NCBI GenBank assembly: GCA_964016885.1
Contig: OZ024742.1
Coordinates: 10,974,001-11,038,000 of the forward strand
Reading direction: 5' to 3'
Length of the DNA: 64,000 nucleotides
DNA from: Eledone cirrhosa
Lineage: Eukaryota
In this document: positions 18,002 to 33,000 of the stretch, in pieces
Numbering within the stretch: position 1 is the first letter of the stretch
Layout of the letters: each line of letters opens with the position of its first letter
Program-made: the position numbers and the translations under genes
The notes under the pieces: model-generated
Databases searched by the model: none
Told to the model about the DNA's origin: nothing
What the model saw: only the letters and a program-made list of their open reading frames with translations

Positions 18002-21000
18002 CTGTGGACTGTTGTGTAGTATGTTCTCTCTATGTACTGTTGTGTAACTCAATATTCTGTGGACTGTTGTGTAGTATGTTCTCTCTATGTACTGTTGTGT
18101 AGCTCAATATTCTGTGGACTGTTGTGTAGTATGTTCTCTCTATGTACTGTTGTGTAGCTCAATATTCTGTGGACTGTTGTGTAGTATGTTCTCTCTATGT
18201 ACTGTTGTGTAGCTCAATATTCTGTGGACTGTTGTGTAGTATGTTCTCTCTATGTACTGTTGTGTAGCTCAATATTCTGTGGACTGTTGTGTAGTATGTT
18301 CTCTCTATGTACTGTTGTGTAGCTCAATATTCTGTGGACTGTTGTGTAGTATGTTTTCTCTATGTACTGTTGTGTAGCTCAATATTCTGTGGACTGTTGT
18401 GTAGTATGTTCTCTCTATGTACTGTTGTGTAGCTCAATATTCTGTGGACTGTTGTGTAGTATGTTCTCTCTATGTACTGTTGTGTAGCTCAATATTCTGT
18501 GGACTGTTGTGTAGTATGTTCTCTCTATGTACTGTTGTGCAGCTCAATATTCTGTGGACTGTTGTGTAGTATGTTCTCTCTATGTACTGTTGTGTAGCTC
18601 AATATTCTGTGGACTGTTGTGTAGTATGTTCTCTCTATGTACTGTTGTGCAGCTCAATATTCTGTGGACTGTTGTGTAGTATGTTCTCTCTATGTACTGT
18701 TGTGTAGCTCAATATTCTGTGGACTGTTGTGTAGTATGTTCTCTCTATGTACTGTTGTGTAGCTCAATATTCTGTGGACTGTTGTGTAGTATGTTCTCTC
18801 TATGTACTGTTGTGTAGCTCAATATTCTGTGGACTGTTGTGTAGTATGTTCTCTCTATGTACTGTTGTGTAGCTCAATATTCTGTGGACTGTTGTGTAGT
18901 ATGTTCTCACTATGTACTGTTGTGCAGCTCAATATTCTGTGGACCGTTGTGTAGTATGTTCTCTTTATGTACTGTTGTGTAGCTCAATATTCTGTGGACT
19001 GTTGTGTAGTATGTTCTCTCTATGTACTGTTGTGTAGCTCAATATTCTGTGGACTGTTGTGTAGTATGTTCTCTCTATGTACTGTTGTGTAGCTCAATAT
19101 TCTGTGGACTGTTGTGTAGTATGTTCTTTTATGTACTGTTGTGTAGCTCAATATTCTGTGGACTGTTGTGTAGTATGTTCTCTCGAGGTACTGTTTTGTA
19201 ACTCAATATTCTGTGGACTGTTGTGTAGTATGTTCGCTCTATGTACTGTTGTGTAGCTCAATATTCTGTGTACTGTTGTGTGGTATGTTCTCGCTATGTA
19301 CTGTTGTGTAGCTAAATATTCTGTGGATTGTTGTGTATGTTCTCTTTATGTGCTGTTGTGTAGCTCAATATTCTGTTTGACTGTTGTGTAGTATGTTCTC
19401 TCTATGTACTGTTGTGTAGCTCAATATTCTGTGGACTGTTGTGTAGCATGTTCTCTCTATGTACTGTTGTGTAGTATGTTCTCTCTATGTACTGTTGTGT
19501 AGCTCAATATTCTGTGGACTGTTGTGCAGTATGTTCTCTTTATCTACTGTTGTGTAGCACAATATTCTGTGGATTGTTGTGTAGTATGTTCTCTCTATGT
19601 ACTGTTGTGTAACTCAATATTCTGTGGACTGTTGTGTAGTATGTTCTCTCTATGTACTGTTGTGTAGCTCAATATTCTGTGGACTGTTCTATGGTATGTT
19701 CTCTCTATGTACTGTTGTGTAGCTCAATATTCTGTGGACTGTTGTGTAGTATGTTCTCTCTATGTACTGTTGTGTAGCTCAATATTCTGTGGAGAGTTGT
19801 GCAGTATGTTCTCTTTATGTACTGTTGTGTAGCTCAATATTCTGTGGACTGTTGTGTACTATGTTCTCTCTATGTACTGTTGTGTAGCTCAATATTCTGT
19901 GGACTGTTATGTAGTATGTTCTCTCTATGTACTGTTGTGTAGCTCAATATTCTGTGGACAGTTGTGTAGTATATTCTCTCTATGTACTGTTGTGTAGCTC
20001 AATATTCTGTGGATTGTTGTGTGGTATGTTCTCTCTATGTACTGTTGTGTAGCTCAATATTCTGTGGACTGTTGTGTAGTATGTTCTCTCTATGTACTGT
20101 TGTGTAGCTCAATATTCTGTGGACTGTTGTGTAGTATGTTCTCTCTATGTACTGTTGTGTAGCTCAATATACTGTGGACTATTATGTAGTATGTTCTCTT
20201 TATGTACTGTTGTGTAGCTCAATATTCTGTGGACTGTGGTGTCGTATGTTCTCTTTATGTACTGTTGTGTAGCTCAATATTCTGTGGACTGTTTTGTAGT
20301 ATGTTCTCTCTATGTACTGTTGTGTAGCTCAATATTTTGTGGACTGTTGTGTAGTATGTTCTCTTCATGTATTGTGTAGCTCAATATTCTGTGGACTGTT
20401 GTCTAGTATGTTCTCTCTATGTACTGTTGTGTAGCTCAATATTCTGTGGACTGTTGTGTAGTATATTCTCTCTATGTACTGTTGTGTAGTTCAATATTCT
20501 GTGAACTGTTGTGTATGTTCTCTCTATGTACTGTTGTGTAGCTCAATATTCTGTGGACTGTTGTGTAGTATGTTCTCTCTATGTACTGTTGTGTAGCTCA
20601 ATATTCTGTGGACTGTTGTGTAGTATGTTCTTTTATGTACTGTTGTGTAGCTCAATATTCTGTGGACTGTTGTGTAGTATGTTCTCTCGAGGTACTGTTT
20701 TGTAACTCAATATTCTGTGGACTGTTGTGTAGTATGTTCGCTCTATGTACTGTTGTGTAGCTCAATATTCTGTGTACTGTTGTGTGGTATGTTCTCTCTA
20801 TGTACTGTTGTGTAGCTAAATATTCTGTGGATTGTTGTGTATGTTCTCTTTATGTGCTGTTGTGTAGCTCAATATTCTGTTTGACTGTTGTGTAGTATGT
20901 TCTCTCTATGTACTGTTGTGTAGCTCAATATTCTGTGGACTGTTGTGTAGCATGTTCTCTCTATGTACTGTTGTGTAGTATGTTCTCTCTATGTACTGTT

Positions 21001-24000
21001 GTGTAGCTCAATATTCTGTGGACTGTTGTGCAGTATGTTCTCTTTATCTACTGTTGTGTAGCACAATATTCTGTGGATTGTTGTGTAGTATGTTCTCTCT
21101 ATGTACTGTTGTGTAACTCAATATTCTGTGGACTGTTGTGTAGTATGTTCTCTCTATGTACTGTTGTGTAGCTCAATATTCTGTGGACTGTTCTATGGTA
21201 TGTTCTCTCTATGTACTGTTGTGTAGCTCAATATTCTGTGGACTGTTGTGTAGTATGTTCTCTCTATGTACTGTTGTGTAGCTCAATATTCTGTGGAGAG
21301 TTGTGCAGTATGTTCTCTTTATGTACTGTTGTGTAGCTCAATATTCTGTGGACTGTTGTGTACTATGTTCTCTCTATGTACTGTTGTGTAGCTCAATATT
21401 CTGTGGACTGTTATGTAGTATGTTCTCTCTATGTACTGTTGTGTAGCTCAATATTCTGTGGACAGTTGTGTAGTATATTCTCTCTATGTACTGTTGTGTA
21501 GCTCAATATTCTGTGGATTGTTGTGTGGTATGTTCTCTCTATGTACTGTTGTGTAGCTCAATATTCTGTGGACTGTTGTGTAGTATGTTCTCTCTATGTA
21601 CTGTTGTGTAGCTCAATATTCTGTGGACTGTTGTGTAGTATGTTCTCTCTATGTACTGTTGTGTAGCTCAATATACTGTGGACTATTATGTAGTATGTTC
21701 TCTTTATGTACTGTTGTGTAGCTCAATATTCTGTGGACTGTGGTGTCGTATGTTCTCTTTATGTACTGTTGTGTAGCTCAATATTCTGTGGACTGTTTTG
21801 TAGTATGTTCTCTCTATGTACTGTTGTGTAGCTCAATATTTTGTGGACTGTTGTGTAGTATGTTCTCTTCATGTATTGTGTAGCTCAATATTCTGTGGAC
21901 TGTTGTCTAGTATGTTCTCTCTATGTACTGTTGTGTAGCTCAATATTCTGTGGACTGTTGTGTAGTATATTCTCTCTATGTACTGTTGTGTAGTTCAATA
22001 TTCTGTGAACTGTTGTGTATGTTCTCTCTATGTACTGTTGTGTGGCTCAATATTCTGTGGACTGTTGTGTAGTATATTCTCTCTATGTACTGTTGTGTAG
22101 TTCAATATTCTGTGGTCTGTGGTGTCGTATGTTCTCTCTATGTACTGTTGTGTAGCTCAATATTCTGTGGACTGTTGTGCAGTATGTTCTCTTTATCTAC
22201 TGTTGTGTAGCTCAATAATCTGTGGACTGTTATGCAGTATGTTCTCTCTATGTAATGTTGTGTAGCTCATTATTCTGTGGACTGTTGTGTAGTATGTTCT
22301 CTCTGTGTACTGTTGTGTAGTTCAATGTTCTGTGGACTGTTGTGTGGTATGTACTCTCTATGTACTGTTGTATAGCTCAATATTCTTTGGACTGTTGTGT
22401 AGTATGTTCTCTCTAGGTACTGTTGTGTAACTCAATATTCTGTGGACTGTTGTGTAGTATGTTCGCTCTATGTACTGTTGTGTAGCTCAATATTCTGTGT
22501 ACTGTTGTGTGGTATGTTCTCTCTATGTACTGTTGTGTAGCTCAATATACTGTGGAATGTTGTGTAGTATGTTCTCTTTATGTACTGTTGTGTAGCTCAA
22601 TATTCTGTGAACTGTTGTGTGGTATGTTCTCTCTATGTACTGTTGTGTAGCTCAATATTCTGTGGACTGTTGTGTAGTATGTTCTCTTTATGTACTGTTG
22701 TGTAGCTCAATATTCTGTGGACTGTTGTCTAGTATGTTCTCTGTATGTACTGTTGTGTAGCTCAATATTTTGTGGACTGTTGTGTAGTATGTTCTCTTTA
22801 TGTATTGTGTAGCTCAATATTCTGTGGACTGTTGTGTATGTTCTCTCTATGTACTGTTGTGTAGCTCAATATTATGTGGACTGTTGTGTAGTATATTCTC
22901 TCTATGTACTGTTGTGTAGTTCAATATTCTGTGGACTGTTGTGTAGTATGTTCTCTCTATGTACTGTTGTGTAGCTCAATATTCTGTGGATTGTTGTGTA
23001 GTATGTTCTATCTATGTACTGTTGTGTAGCTCAATATTCTGTGGACTGTTGTGTAGTATGTTCTCTGTATGTACTGTTGTGTAGCTCAATATTCTGTGGA
23101 CTGTTGTGTAGTATGTTCTCTCTATGCACTGTTGTGTAGCTCAATATTCTGTGGATCGTTGTGTAGTATGTTCTCTCTATGTACTGTTGTGTAGCTCAAT
23201 ATTCTGTGGACTGTTGTGTGGTATGTTCTCTCTATGTACTGTTGTATAGCTCAATATTCTGTGGACTGTTGTGTAGTATGTTCTCTTTAGGTACTGTTGT
23301 GTAGCTCAATATTCTGTAGACTGTTGTGTAGTATGTTCTCTTTATGTACTGTTGTGTAGCTCAATATTCTGTGGACTGTTGTGTGGTATGTTCTCTCTAT
23401 GTAATGTTGTATAGCTCAATATTCTGTGGACTGTTGTGTAGTATGTTCTCTCTAGGTACTGTTGTGTAGCTCAATTTTCTGTGGACTGTTGTGTAGTATG
23501 TTCTCTTTATGTACTGTTGTGTAGCTCAATATTCTGTAGACTGTTGTGTAGTATGTTCTCTCTATGTACTGTTGTGTAGCTCAATATTCTGTGGACTGTT
23601 GTGTGGTATGTTCTCTCTGTGTACTGTTGTATAGCTCAATATTCTGTGGACTGTTGTGTGGTATGTTCTCTCTATGTACTGTTGTATAGCTCAATTTTCT
23701 GTGGACTGTTGTGTAGTATGTTATATTTATGTACTGTTGTGTAGCTCAATATTCTGTGGACTGTTGTGTAGTACGTTCTCTCTATGTACTGTTGTGCAGC
23801 TCAATATTTTGTGGACTGTTGTGTAGTATGTTCTCTTTATGTATTGTGTAGCTCATTATTCTTTGGACTTGTGTATGTTCTCTCTATGTACTGTTGAGTA
23901 GCTTAATATTCTGTGGACTGTTGTGTAGTATGTTCTCTCTATGTACTGTTGTGTAGCTCAATATTCTGTGGATTGTTGTGTAGTATGTTCTCTCTATGTA

Positions 24001-27000
24001 CTGTTGTGTAACTCAATATTCTGTGGACCGTTGTGTAGTAGGTTCTCTCTATGTACTGTTGTGTAGCTCAATATTCTATGGACTGTTGTGCAGTATGTTC
24101 TCTTTATCTACTGTTGTGTAGCTCAATATACTGTGGACTGTTATGTAGTATGTTCTCTTTATGTACTGTTGTGTAGCTCAATATTCTGTGGACTGTGGTG
24201 TCGTATGTTCTCTTTATGTACTGTTGTGTAGCTCAATATTCTGTGGACTGTTGTGTACTATGTTCTCTCTATGTACTGTTGTGTAGCTCAATATTCTGTG
24301 GACTGTTATGTAGTATGTTCTCTCTATGTACTGTTGTGTAGCTCAATATTCTGTGGACAGTTGTGTAGTATATTCTCTCTATGTACTGTTGTGTAGCTCA
24401 ATATTCTGTGGATTGTTGTGTGGTATGTTCTCTCTATGTACTGTTGTGTAGCTCAATATTCTGTGGACTGTTGTGTAGTATGTTCTCTCTATGTACTGTT
24501 GTGTAGCTCAATATTCTGTGGACTGTTGTGTAGTATGTTCTCTCTATGTACTGTTGTGTAGCTCAATATACTGTGGACTATTATGTAGTATGTTCTCTTT
24601 ATGTACTGTTGTATAGCTCAATATTCTTTGGACTGTTGTGTAGTATGTTCTCTCTAGGTACTGTTGTGTAACTCAATATTCTGTGGACTGTTGTGTAGTA
24701 TGTTCGCTCTATGTACTGTTGTGTAGCTCAATATTCTGTGTACTGTTGTGTGGTATGTTCTCTCTATGTACTGTTGTGTAGCTCAATATACTGTGGACTG
24801 TTGTGTAGTATGTTCTCTTTATGTACTGTTGTGTAGCTCAATATTCTGTGGACTGTTGTCTAGTATGTTCTCTCTATGTACTGTTGTGTAGCTCAATATT
24901 TTGTGGACTGTTGTGTAGTATGTTCTCTTTATGTATTGTGTAGCTCAATATTTTGTGGACTGTTGTGTATGTTCTCTCTATGTACTGTTGTGTAGCTCAA
25001 TATTATGTGGACTGTTGTGTAGTATATTCTCTCTATGTACTGTTGTGTAGTTCAATATTCTGTGGACTGTTGTGTAGTATGTTCTCTCTATGTACTGTTG
25101 TGTAGCTCAATATTCTGTGGACTGTTGTGCAGTATGTTCTCTTTATCTACTGTTGTGTAGCTCAATATTCCGTGGATTGTTATGCAGTATGTTCTCTCTA
25201 TGTAATGTGTAGCTCATTATTCTGTGGACTGTTGTGTAGTATGTTCTCTCTGTGTACTGTTGTGTAGCTCAATGTTCTGTGGACTGTTGTGTGGTATGTA
25301 CTCTCTATGTACTGTTGTATAGCTCAATATTCTTTGGACTGTTGTGTAGTATGTTCTCTCTAGGTACTGTTGTGTAACTCAATATTCTGTGGACTGTTGT
25401 GTAGTATATTCGCTCTATGTAATGTTGTGTAGCTCATTATTCTGTGGACTGTTGTGTAGTATGTTCTCTCTATGTACTGTTGTGTAGTTCAATGTTCTGT
25501 GGACTGTTGTGTGGTATGTACTCTCTATGTACTGTTGTATAGCTAAATATTCTTTGGACTGTTGTGTAGTATGTTCTCTCTAGGTACTGTTGTGTAACTC
25601 AATATTCTGTGGACTGTTGTGTAGTATGTTCGCTCTATGTACTGTTGTGTAGTATGTTCTCTTTATGTACTGTTGTGTAGCTCAATATTCTGTGGACTGT
25701 TGTCTAGTATGTTCTCTCTATGTACTGTTGTGTAGCTCAATATTTTGTGGACTGTTGTGTAGTATGTTCTCTTTATGTATTGTGTAGCTCAATATTTTGT
25801 GGACTGTTGTGTATGTTCTCTCTATGTACTGTTGTGTAGCTCAATATTATGTGGACTGTTGTGTAGTATATTCTCTCTATGTACTGTTGTGTAGTTCAAT
25901 ATTCTGTGGACTGTTGTGTAGTATGTTCTCTCTATGTACTGTTGTGTAGCTCAATATTCTGTGGATTGTTGTGTAGTATGTTCTATCTATGTACTGTTGT
26001 GTAGCTCAATATTCTGTGGACTGTTGTGTAGTATGTTCTCTGTATGTACTGTTGTGTAGCTCAATATTCTGTGGACTGTTGTGTAGTATGTTCTCTTTAG
26101 GTACTGTTGTGTAGCTCAATATTCTGTGGACTATTGTGTAGTATGTTCTCTCTATGTACTGTTGTGTAGCTCAATATTCTGTGGACTGTTGTGTGGTATG
26201 TTCTCTCTATGTACTGTTGTATAGCTCAATATTCTGTGGACTGTTGTGTAGTATGTTCTCTTTAGGTACTGTTGTGTAGCTCAATATTCTGTAGACTGTT
26301 GTGAAGTATGTTCACTCTATGTACTGTTGTGTAGCTCAATATTCTGTGGACTGTTGTGTGGTATGTTCTCTCTATGTACTGTTGTATAGCTCAATATTCT
26401 GTGGACTGTTGTGTAGTATGTTCTCTCTAGGTACTGTTGTGTAGCTCACTTTTCTGTGGACTGTTGTGTAGTATGTTCTCTCTATGTAATGTTGTGTAGC
26501 TCAATATTCTGTGGATTGTTGTGTAGTATGTTCTATCTATGTACTGTTGTGTAGCTCAATATTCTGTGGACTGTTGTGTAGTATGTTCTCTGTATGTACT
26601 GTTGTGTAGCTCAATATTCTGTGGACTGTTGTGTAGTATGTTCTCTTTATGTACTGTTGTGTAGCTCAATATTCTGTGGATTGTTGTGTAGTATGTTCTC
26701 TCTATGTACTGTTGTGTAGCTCAATATTCTGTGGACTGTTGTGTGGTATGTTCTCTCTATGTACTGTTGTATAGCTCAATATTCTGTGGACTGTTGTGTA
26801 GTATGTTCTCTTTATGTACTGTTGTGTAGCTCAATATTCTGTGGACTGTTGTCTAGTATGTTCTCTCTATGTACTGTTGTGTAGCTCAATATTTTGTGGA
26901 CTGTTGTGTAGTATGTTCTCTTTATGTATTGTGTAGCTCAATATTTTGTGGACTGTTGTGTATGTTCTCTCTATATACTGTTGTGTAGCTCAATATTATG

Positions 27001-30000
27001 TGGACTGTTGTGTAGTATATTCTCTCTATGTACTGTTGTGTAGTTCAATATTCTGTGGACTGTTGTGTAGTATGTTCTCTCTATGTACTGTTGTGTAGCT
27101 CAATATTCTGTGGACTGTTGTGTAGTATGTTCTCTTTAGGTACTGTTGTGTAGCACAATATTCTGTGGACTATTGTGTAGTATGTTCTCTCTATGTACTG
27201 TTGTGTAGCTCAATATTCTGTGGACTGTTGTGTGGTATGTTCTCTCTATGTACTGTTGTATAGCTCAATATTCTGTGGACTGTTGTGTAGTATGTTCTCT
27301 CTAGGTACTGTTGTGTAGCTCAATTTTCTGTGGACTGTTGTGTAGTATGTTCTCTTTATGTACTGTTGTGTAGCTCAATATTCTGTAGACTGTTGTGTAG
27401 TATGTTCTCTCTATGTACTGTTGTGTAGCTCAATATTCTGTGGACTGTTGTGTGGTATGTTCTCTCTATGTACTGTTGTATAGCTCAATATTCTGTGGAC
27501 TGTTGTGTGATATGTTCTCTCTATGTACTGTTGTGTAGCTCAATTTTCTGTGGACTGTTGTGTAGTATGTTCTCTTTATGTACTGTTGTGTAGCTCAATA
27601 TTCTGTGGACTGTTGTGTAGTACGTTCTCTCTATGTACTGTTGTGCAGCTCAATATTTTGTGGACTGTTGTGTAGTATGTTCTCTTTATTTATTGTGTAG
27701 CTCAATATTCTTTGGACTTGTGTATGTTCTCTCTATGTACTGTTGTGTAGCTTAATATTCTGTGGACCGTTGTGTAGTAGGTTCTCTCTATGTACTGTTG
27801 TGTAGCTCAATATTCTGTGGACTGTTGTGCAGTATGTTCTCTTTATCTACTGTTGTGTAGCTCAATATACTGTGGACTGTTATGTAGTATGTTCTCTTTA
27901 TGTACTGTTGTGTAGCTCAATATTCTGTGGACTGTGGTGTCGTATGTTCTCTTTATGTACTGTTGTGTAGCTCAACATTCTGTGGAATGTTGTGTGGTAT
28001 GTTCTCTCTATGTACTGTTGTGCAGCTCAATATTCTGTGGACTGTTGTGTAGTATGTTTTCTCTATGTACTGTTGTGTAGCTCAATATTTTGTGGACTGT
28101 TGTGTAGTATGTTCTCTTTATGTATTCTGTAGCTCAATATTCTGTGGACTGTTGTGTATGTTCTCCCTATGTACTGTTGTGTAGCTCAATATTCTGTGGA
28201 CTGTTGTGTAGTATATTCTCTCTATGTAATGTTGTGTAGTTCAATATTCTGTGGACTGTTGTGTAGTATGTTCTCTCTATGTACTGTTGTGTAACTCAAT
28301 ATTCTGTGGATTGTTTTGTAGTATGTTCTCTCTATGTACTGTTGTGTAGCTCAATATTCTGTGGACTGTTGTGTAGTATGTTCTCTCTATGTACTGTTGT
28401 GTAGCTCAATATTCTGTGGATTGTTGTGTAGTATGTTCTCTCTATGTACTGTTGTGTAGCTCAATATTCTGTCGTCTGTGGTGTCGTATGATCTCTCTAT
28501 GTACTGTTGTGAAGCTCAATATTCTGTGGACTGTTGTGCAGTATGTTCTCTTTATCTACTGTTGTGTAGCTCAATATTCTGTAGACTGTTGTGTAGTATG
28601 TTCTCTCTGTGTACTGTTGTGTAGTTCAATGTTCTGTGGACTGTTGTGTGGTATGTTCTCTCTATGTACTGTTGTATAGCTCAATATTCTTTGGACTGTT
28701 GTGTAGTATGTTCTCTCTAGGTACTGTTGTGTAACTCAATATTCTGTGGACTGTTGTGTAGATGTTCGCTCTATGTACTGTTGTGTAGCTCAATATTCTG
28801 TGTACTGTTGTGTGTGTATGTTCTCTCTATGTACTGTTGTGTAGCTCAATATACTGTGGACTGTTGTGTAGTATGTTCTCTTTATGTACTGTTGTGTAGC
28901 TCAATATTCTGTGGACTGTTGTCTAGTATGTTCTCTCTAGGTACTGTTGTGTAACTCAATATTCTGTGGACTGTTGTGTAGTATGTTCGCTCTATGTACT
29001 GTTGTGTAGCTCAATATTCTGTGGACTGTTGTGTGGTATGTTCTCTCTATGTACTGTTGTGTAGCTCAATATTCTGTGGACTGTTGTGTAGTATGTTCTC
29101 TTTATGTACTGTTGTGTAGCTCAATATTCTGTGGACTGTTGTCTAGTATGTTCTCTCTATGTACTGTTGTGTAGCTCAATATTTTGTGGACTGTTGTGTA
29201 GTATGTTCTCTTTATGTATTGTGTAGTTCAATATTCTGTGGACTGTTGTGCATGTTCTCTCTATGTACTGTTGTGTAGCTCAATATTATGTGGACTGTTG
29301 TTTAGTATATTCTCTCTATGTACTGTTGTGTAGTTCAATATTCTGTGGACTGTTGTGTAGTATGTTCTCTCTATGTACTGTTGTGTAACTCAATATTCTG
29401 TGGACTGTTGTGTAGTATGTTCTCTGCATGTACTGTTGTGTAGCTCAATATTCTGTGGACTGTTGTGTAGTATGTTCTCTGTATGTACTGTTGTGTAGCT
29501 CAATATTCTGTGGACTGTTGTGTAGTATGTTCTCTCTATGTACTGTTGTGTAGCTCAATATTCTGTGGATTGTTGTGTAGTATGTTCTCTCTATGTACTG
29601 TTGTGTAGCTCAATATTCTGTGGACTGTTGTGTGGTATGTTCTCTCTATGTACTGTTGTATAGCTCAATATTCTGTGGACTGTTGTGTAGTATGTTCTCT
29701 TTAGGTACTGTTGTGTAGCTCAATATTCTGTAGACTGTTGTGTAGTATGTTCTCTCTATGTACTGTTGTGTAGCTCAATATTCTGTGGACTGTTGTGTAG
29801 TATGTTCTATCTATGTACTGTTGTGTAGCTCAATATTCTGTGGACTGTTGTGTAGTATGTTCTCTGTATGTACTGTTGTGTAGCTCAATATTCTGTGGAC
29901 TGTTGTGTAGTATGTTCTCTCTATGTACTGTTGTGTAGCTCAATATTCTGCTGATTGTTGTGTAGTATGTTCTCTCTATGTACTGTTGTGTAGCTCAATA

Positions 30001-33000
30001 TTCTGTGGACTGTTGTGTGGTATGTTCTCTCTATGTACTGTTGTATAGCTCAATATTCTGTGGACTGTTGTGTAGTATGTTCTCTTTAGGTACTGTTGTG
30101 TAGCTCAATATTCTGTAGACTGTTGTGTAGTATGTTCTCTTTACGTACTGTTGTGTAGCTCAATATTCTGTGGACTGTTGTGTGGTATGTTCTCTGTATG
30201 TACTGTTGTATAGCTCAATATTCTGTGGACTGTTGTGTAGTATGTTCTCTCTAGGTAGTGTTGTGTAGCTCAATTTTCTGTGGACTGTTGTGTAGTATGT
30301 TCTCTTTATGTACTGTTGTGTAGCTCAATATTCTGTAGACTGTTGTGTAGTATGTTCTCTCTATGTACTGTTGTGTAGCTCAATATTCTGTGGACTGTTG
30401 TGTGGTATGTTCTCTCTATGTACTGTTGTATAGCTCAATATTCTGTGGACTTGTGTGGTATGTTCTCTCTATGTACTGTTGTGTAGCTCAATGTTCTGTG
30501 GAGTGTTGTGTAGTATATTCTCTTTATGTACTGTTGTGTAGCTCAATATTCTGTGGACTGTTGTGTAGTACGTTCTCTCTATGTACTGTTGTGTAGCTCA
30601 ATATATTGTGGACTGTTGTGTAGTATGTTCTCTTTATGTATTGTGTAGCTCAATATTCTTTGGACTTGTGTATGTTCTCTTTATGTACTGTTGTGTAGCT
30701 CAATATTCTGTGGACTGTGGTGTCGTATATTCTCTCTATGTACTGTTGTGTAGCTCAATATTTTGTGGACTGTTGTGTAGTATGTTCTCTTTATGTATTG
30801 TGTAGCTCAATATTCTGTGGACTGTTGTGTATGTTATCTCTATGTATGTTCTGTAGCTCAATATTCTGTGGACTGTTGTGTAGTTCAATATTCTGTGGAC
30901 TGTTGTGTATGTTCTCTCTATGTACTGTTGTGTAGCTCAATATTCTGTGGATTGTTGTGTAGTATCTTCTCTCTATGTACTGTTGTGTAACTCAATATTC
31001 TGTGGACTGTTGTGTGGTATGTTCTCTCTGTGTACTGTTGTGTAGCTCAATATTCTATGGAGTGTTGTGTAGTATGTTCTCTCTATGTACTGTTGTGTAG
31101 CTCAATATTCTGTGGACTGTTGTTTAGTATGTTCTCTGTAGGTACTGTTGTGTAGCTCAACATTCTATGGAGTGTTGTGTAGTATGTTCTCTCTACCTAC
31201 TGTTGTGTAGCTCAATATTCTGTGGACTGTTGTGTAGTTTGTTCTCTTTAGGTACTGTTGTGTAGCTCAATATTCTGTAGACTGTTGTGAAGTATGTTCA
31301 CTCTATGTACTGTTGTGTAGCTCAATATTCTGTGGACTGTTGTGTAGTATGTTCTCTTTATGTACTGTTGTGTAGCTCACTTTTCTGTGGACTGTTGTGT
31401 AGTATGTTCTCTCTATGTAATGTTGTGTAGCTCAATATTCTGTGGATTGTTGTGTAGTATGTTCTATCTATGTACTGTTGTGTAGCTCAATATTCTGTGG
31501 ACTGTTGTGTAGTATGTTCTCTGTATGTACTGTTGTGTAGCTCAATATTCTGTGGACTGTTGTGTAGTATGTTCTCTTTATGTACTGTTGTGTAGCTCAA
31601 TATTCTGTGGATTGTTGTGTAGTATGTTCTCTCTATGTACTGTTGTGTAGCTCAATATTCTGTGGACTGTTGTGTGGTATGTTCTCTCTATGTACTGTTG
31701 TATAGCTCAATATTCTGTGGACTGTTGTGTAGTATGTTCTCTTTAGGTACTGTTGTGTAGCTCAATATTCTGTAGACTGTTGTGTAGTATGTTCTCTTTA
31801 TGTACTGTTGTGTAGCTCAATATTCTGTGGACTGTTGTGTGGTATGTTCTCTCTATGTACTGTTGTATAGCTCAATATTCTGTGGACTGTTGTGTAGTAT
31901 GTTCTCTCTAGGTACTGTTGTGTAGCTCAATTTTCTGTGGACTGTTGTGTAGTATGTTCTATTTATGTACTGTTGTGTAGCTCAATATTCTGTGGACTGT
32001 TGTGTGGTATGTTCTCTCTATGTACTGTTGTATATCTCAATATTCTGTGGACTGTTGTGTGGTATGTTCTCTCTATGTACTGTTGTGTAGCTCAATTTTC
32101 TGTGGACTGTTGTGTAGTATGTTCTCTTTATGTACTGTTGTGTAGCTCAATATTCTGTGGACTGTTGTGTAGTACGTTCTCTCTATGTACTGTTGTGCAG
32201 CTCAATATTTTGTGGACTGTTGTGTAGTATGTTCTCTTTATGTATTGTGTAGCTCAATATTCTTTGGACTTGTGTATGTTCTCTCTATGTACTGTTGTGT
32301 AGCTTAATATTCTGTGGACCGTTGTGTATTAGGTTCTCTCTATGTACTGTTGTGTAGCTCAATATTCTGTGGACTGTTGTGCAGTATGTTCTCTTTATCT
32401 ACTGTTGTGTAGCTCAATATACTGTGGACTGTTATGTAGTATGTTCTCTTTATGTACTGTTGTGTAGCTCAATATTCTGTGGACAGTGGTGTCGTATGTT
32501 CTCTTTATGTACTGTTGTGTAGCTCAACATTCTGTGGACTGTTGTGTGGTATATTCTCTCTATGTACTGTTGTGCAGCTCAATATTCTGTGGATTGTTGT
32601 GTAGTATGTTCTCTCTATGTACTGTTGAGTAACTTAATATTCTGTGGACCGTTTTGTAGTATGTTCTCTCTATGTACTGTTGTATAGCTCAATATTCTGT
32701 GGACTGTTGTGTAGTATGTTCTCTCTAGGTACTGTTGTGTAGCTCAATTTTCTGTGGACTGTTGTGTAGTATGTTCTCTTTATGTACTGTTGTGTAGCTC
32801 AATATTCTGTTGGCTGTTGTGCAGTATGTTCTCTTTATCTACTGTTGTGTAGCTCAATATTCTGTAGACTGTTGTGAAGTATGTTCACTCTATGTACTGT
32901 TGTGTAGCTCAATATTCTGTGGACTGTTGTGTAGTATGTTCTCTTTATGTACTGTTGTGTAGCTCACTTTTCTGTGGACTGTTGTGTAGTATGTTCTCTC

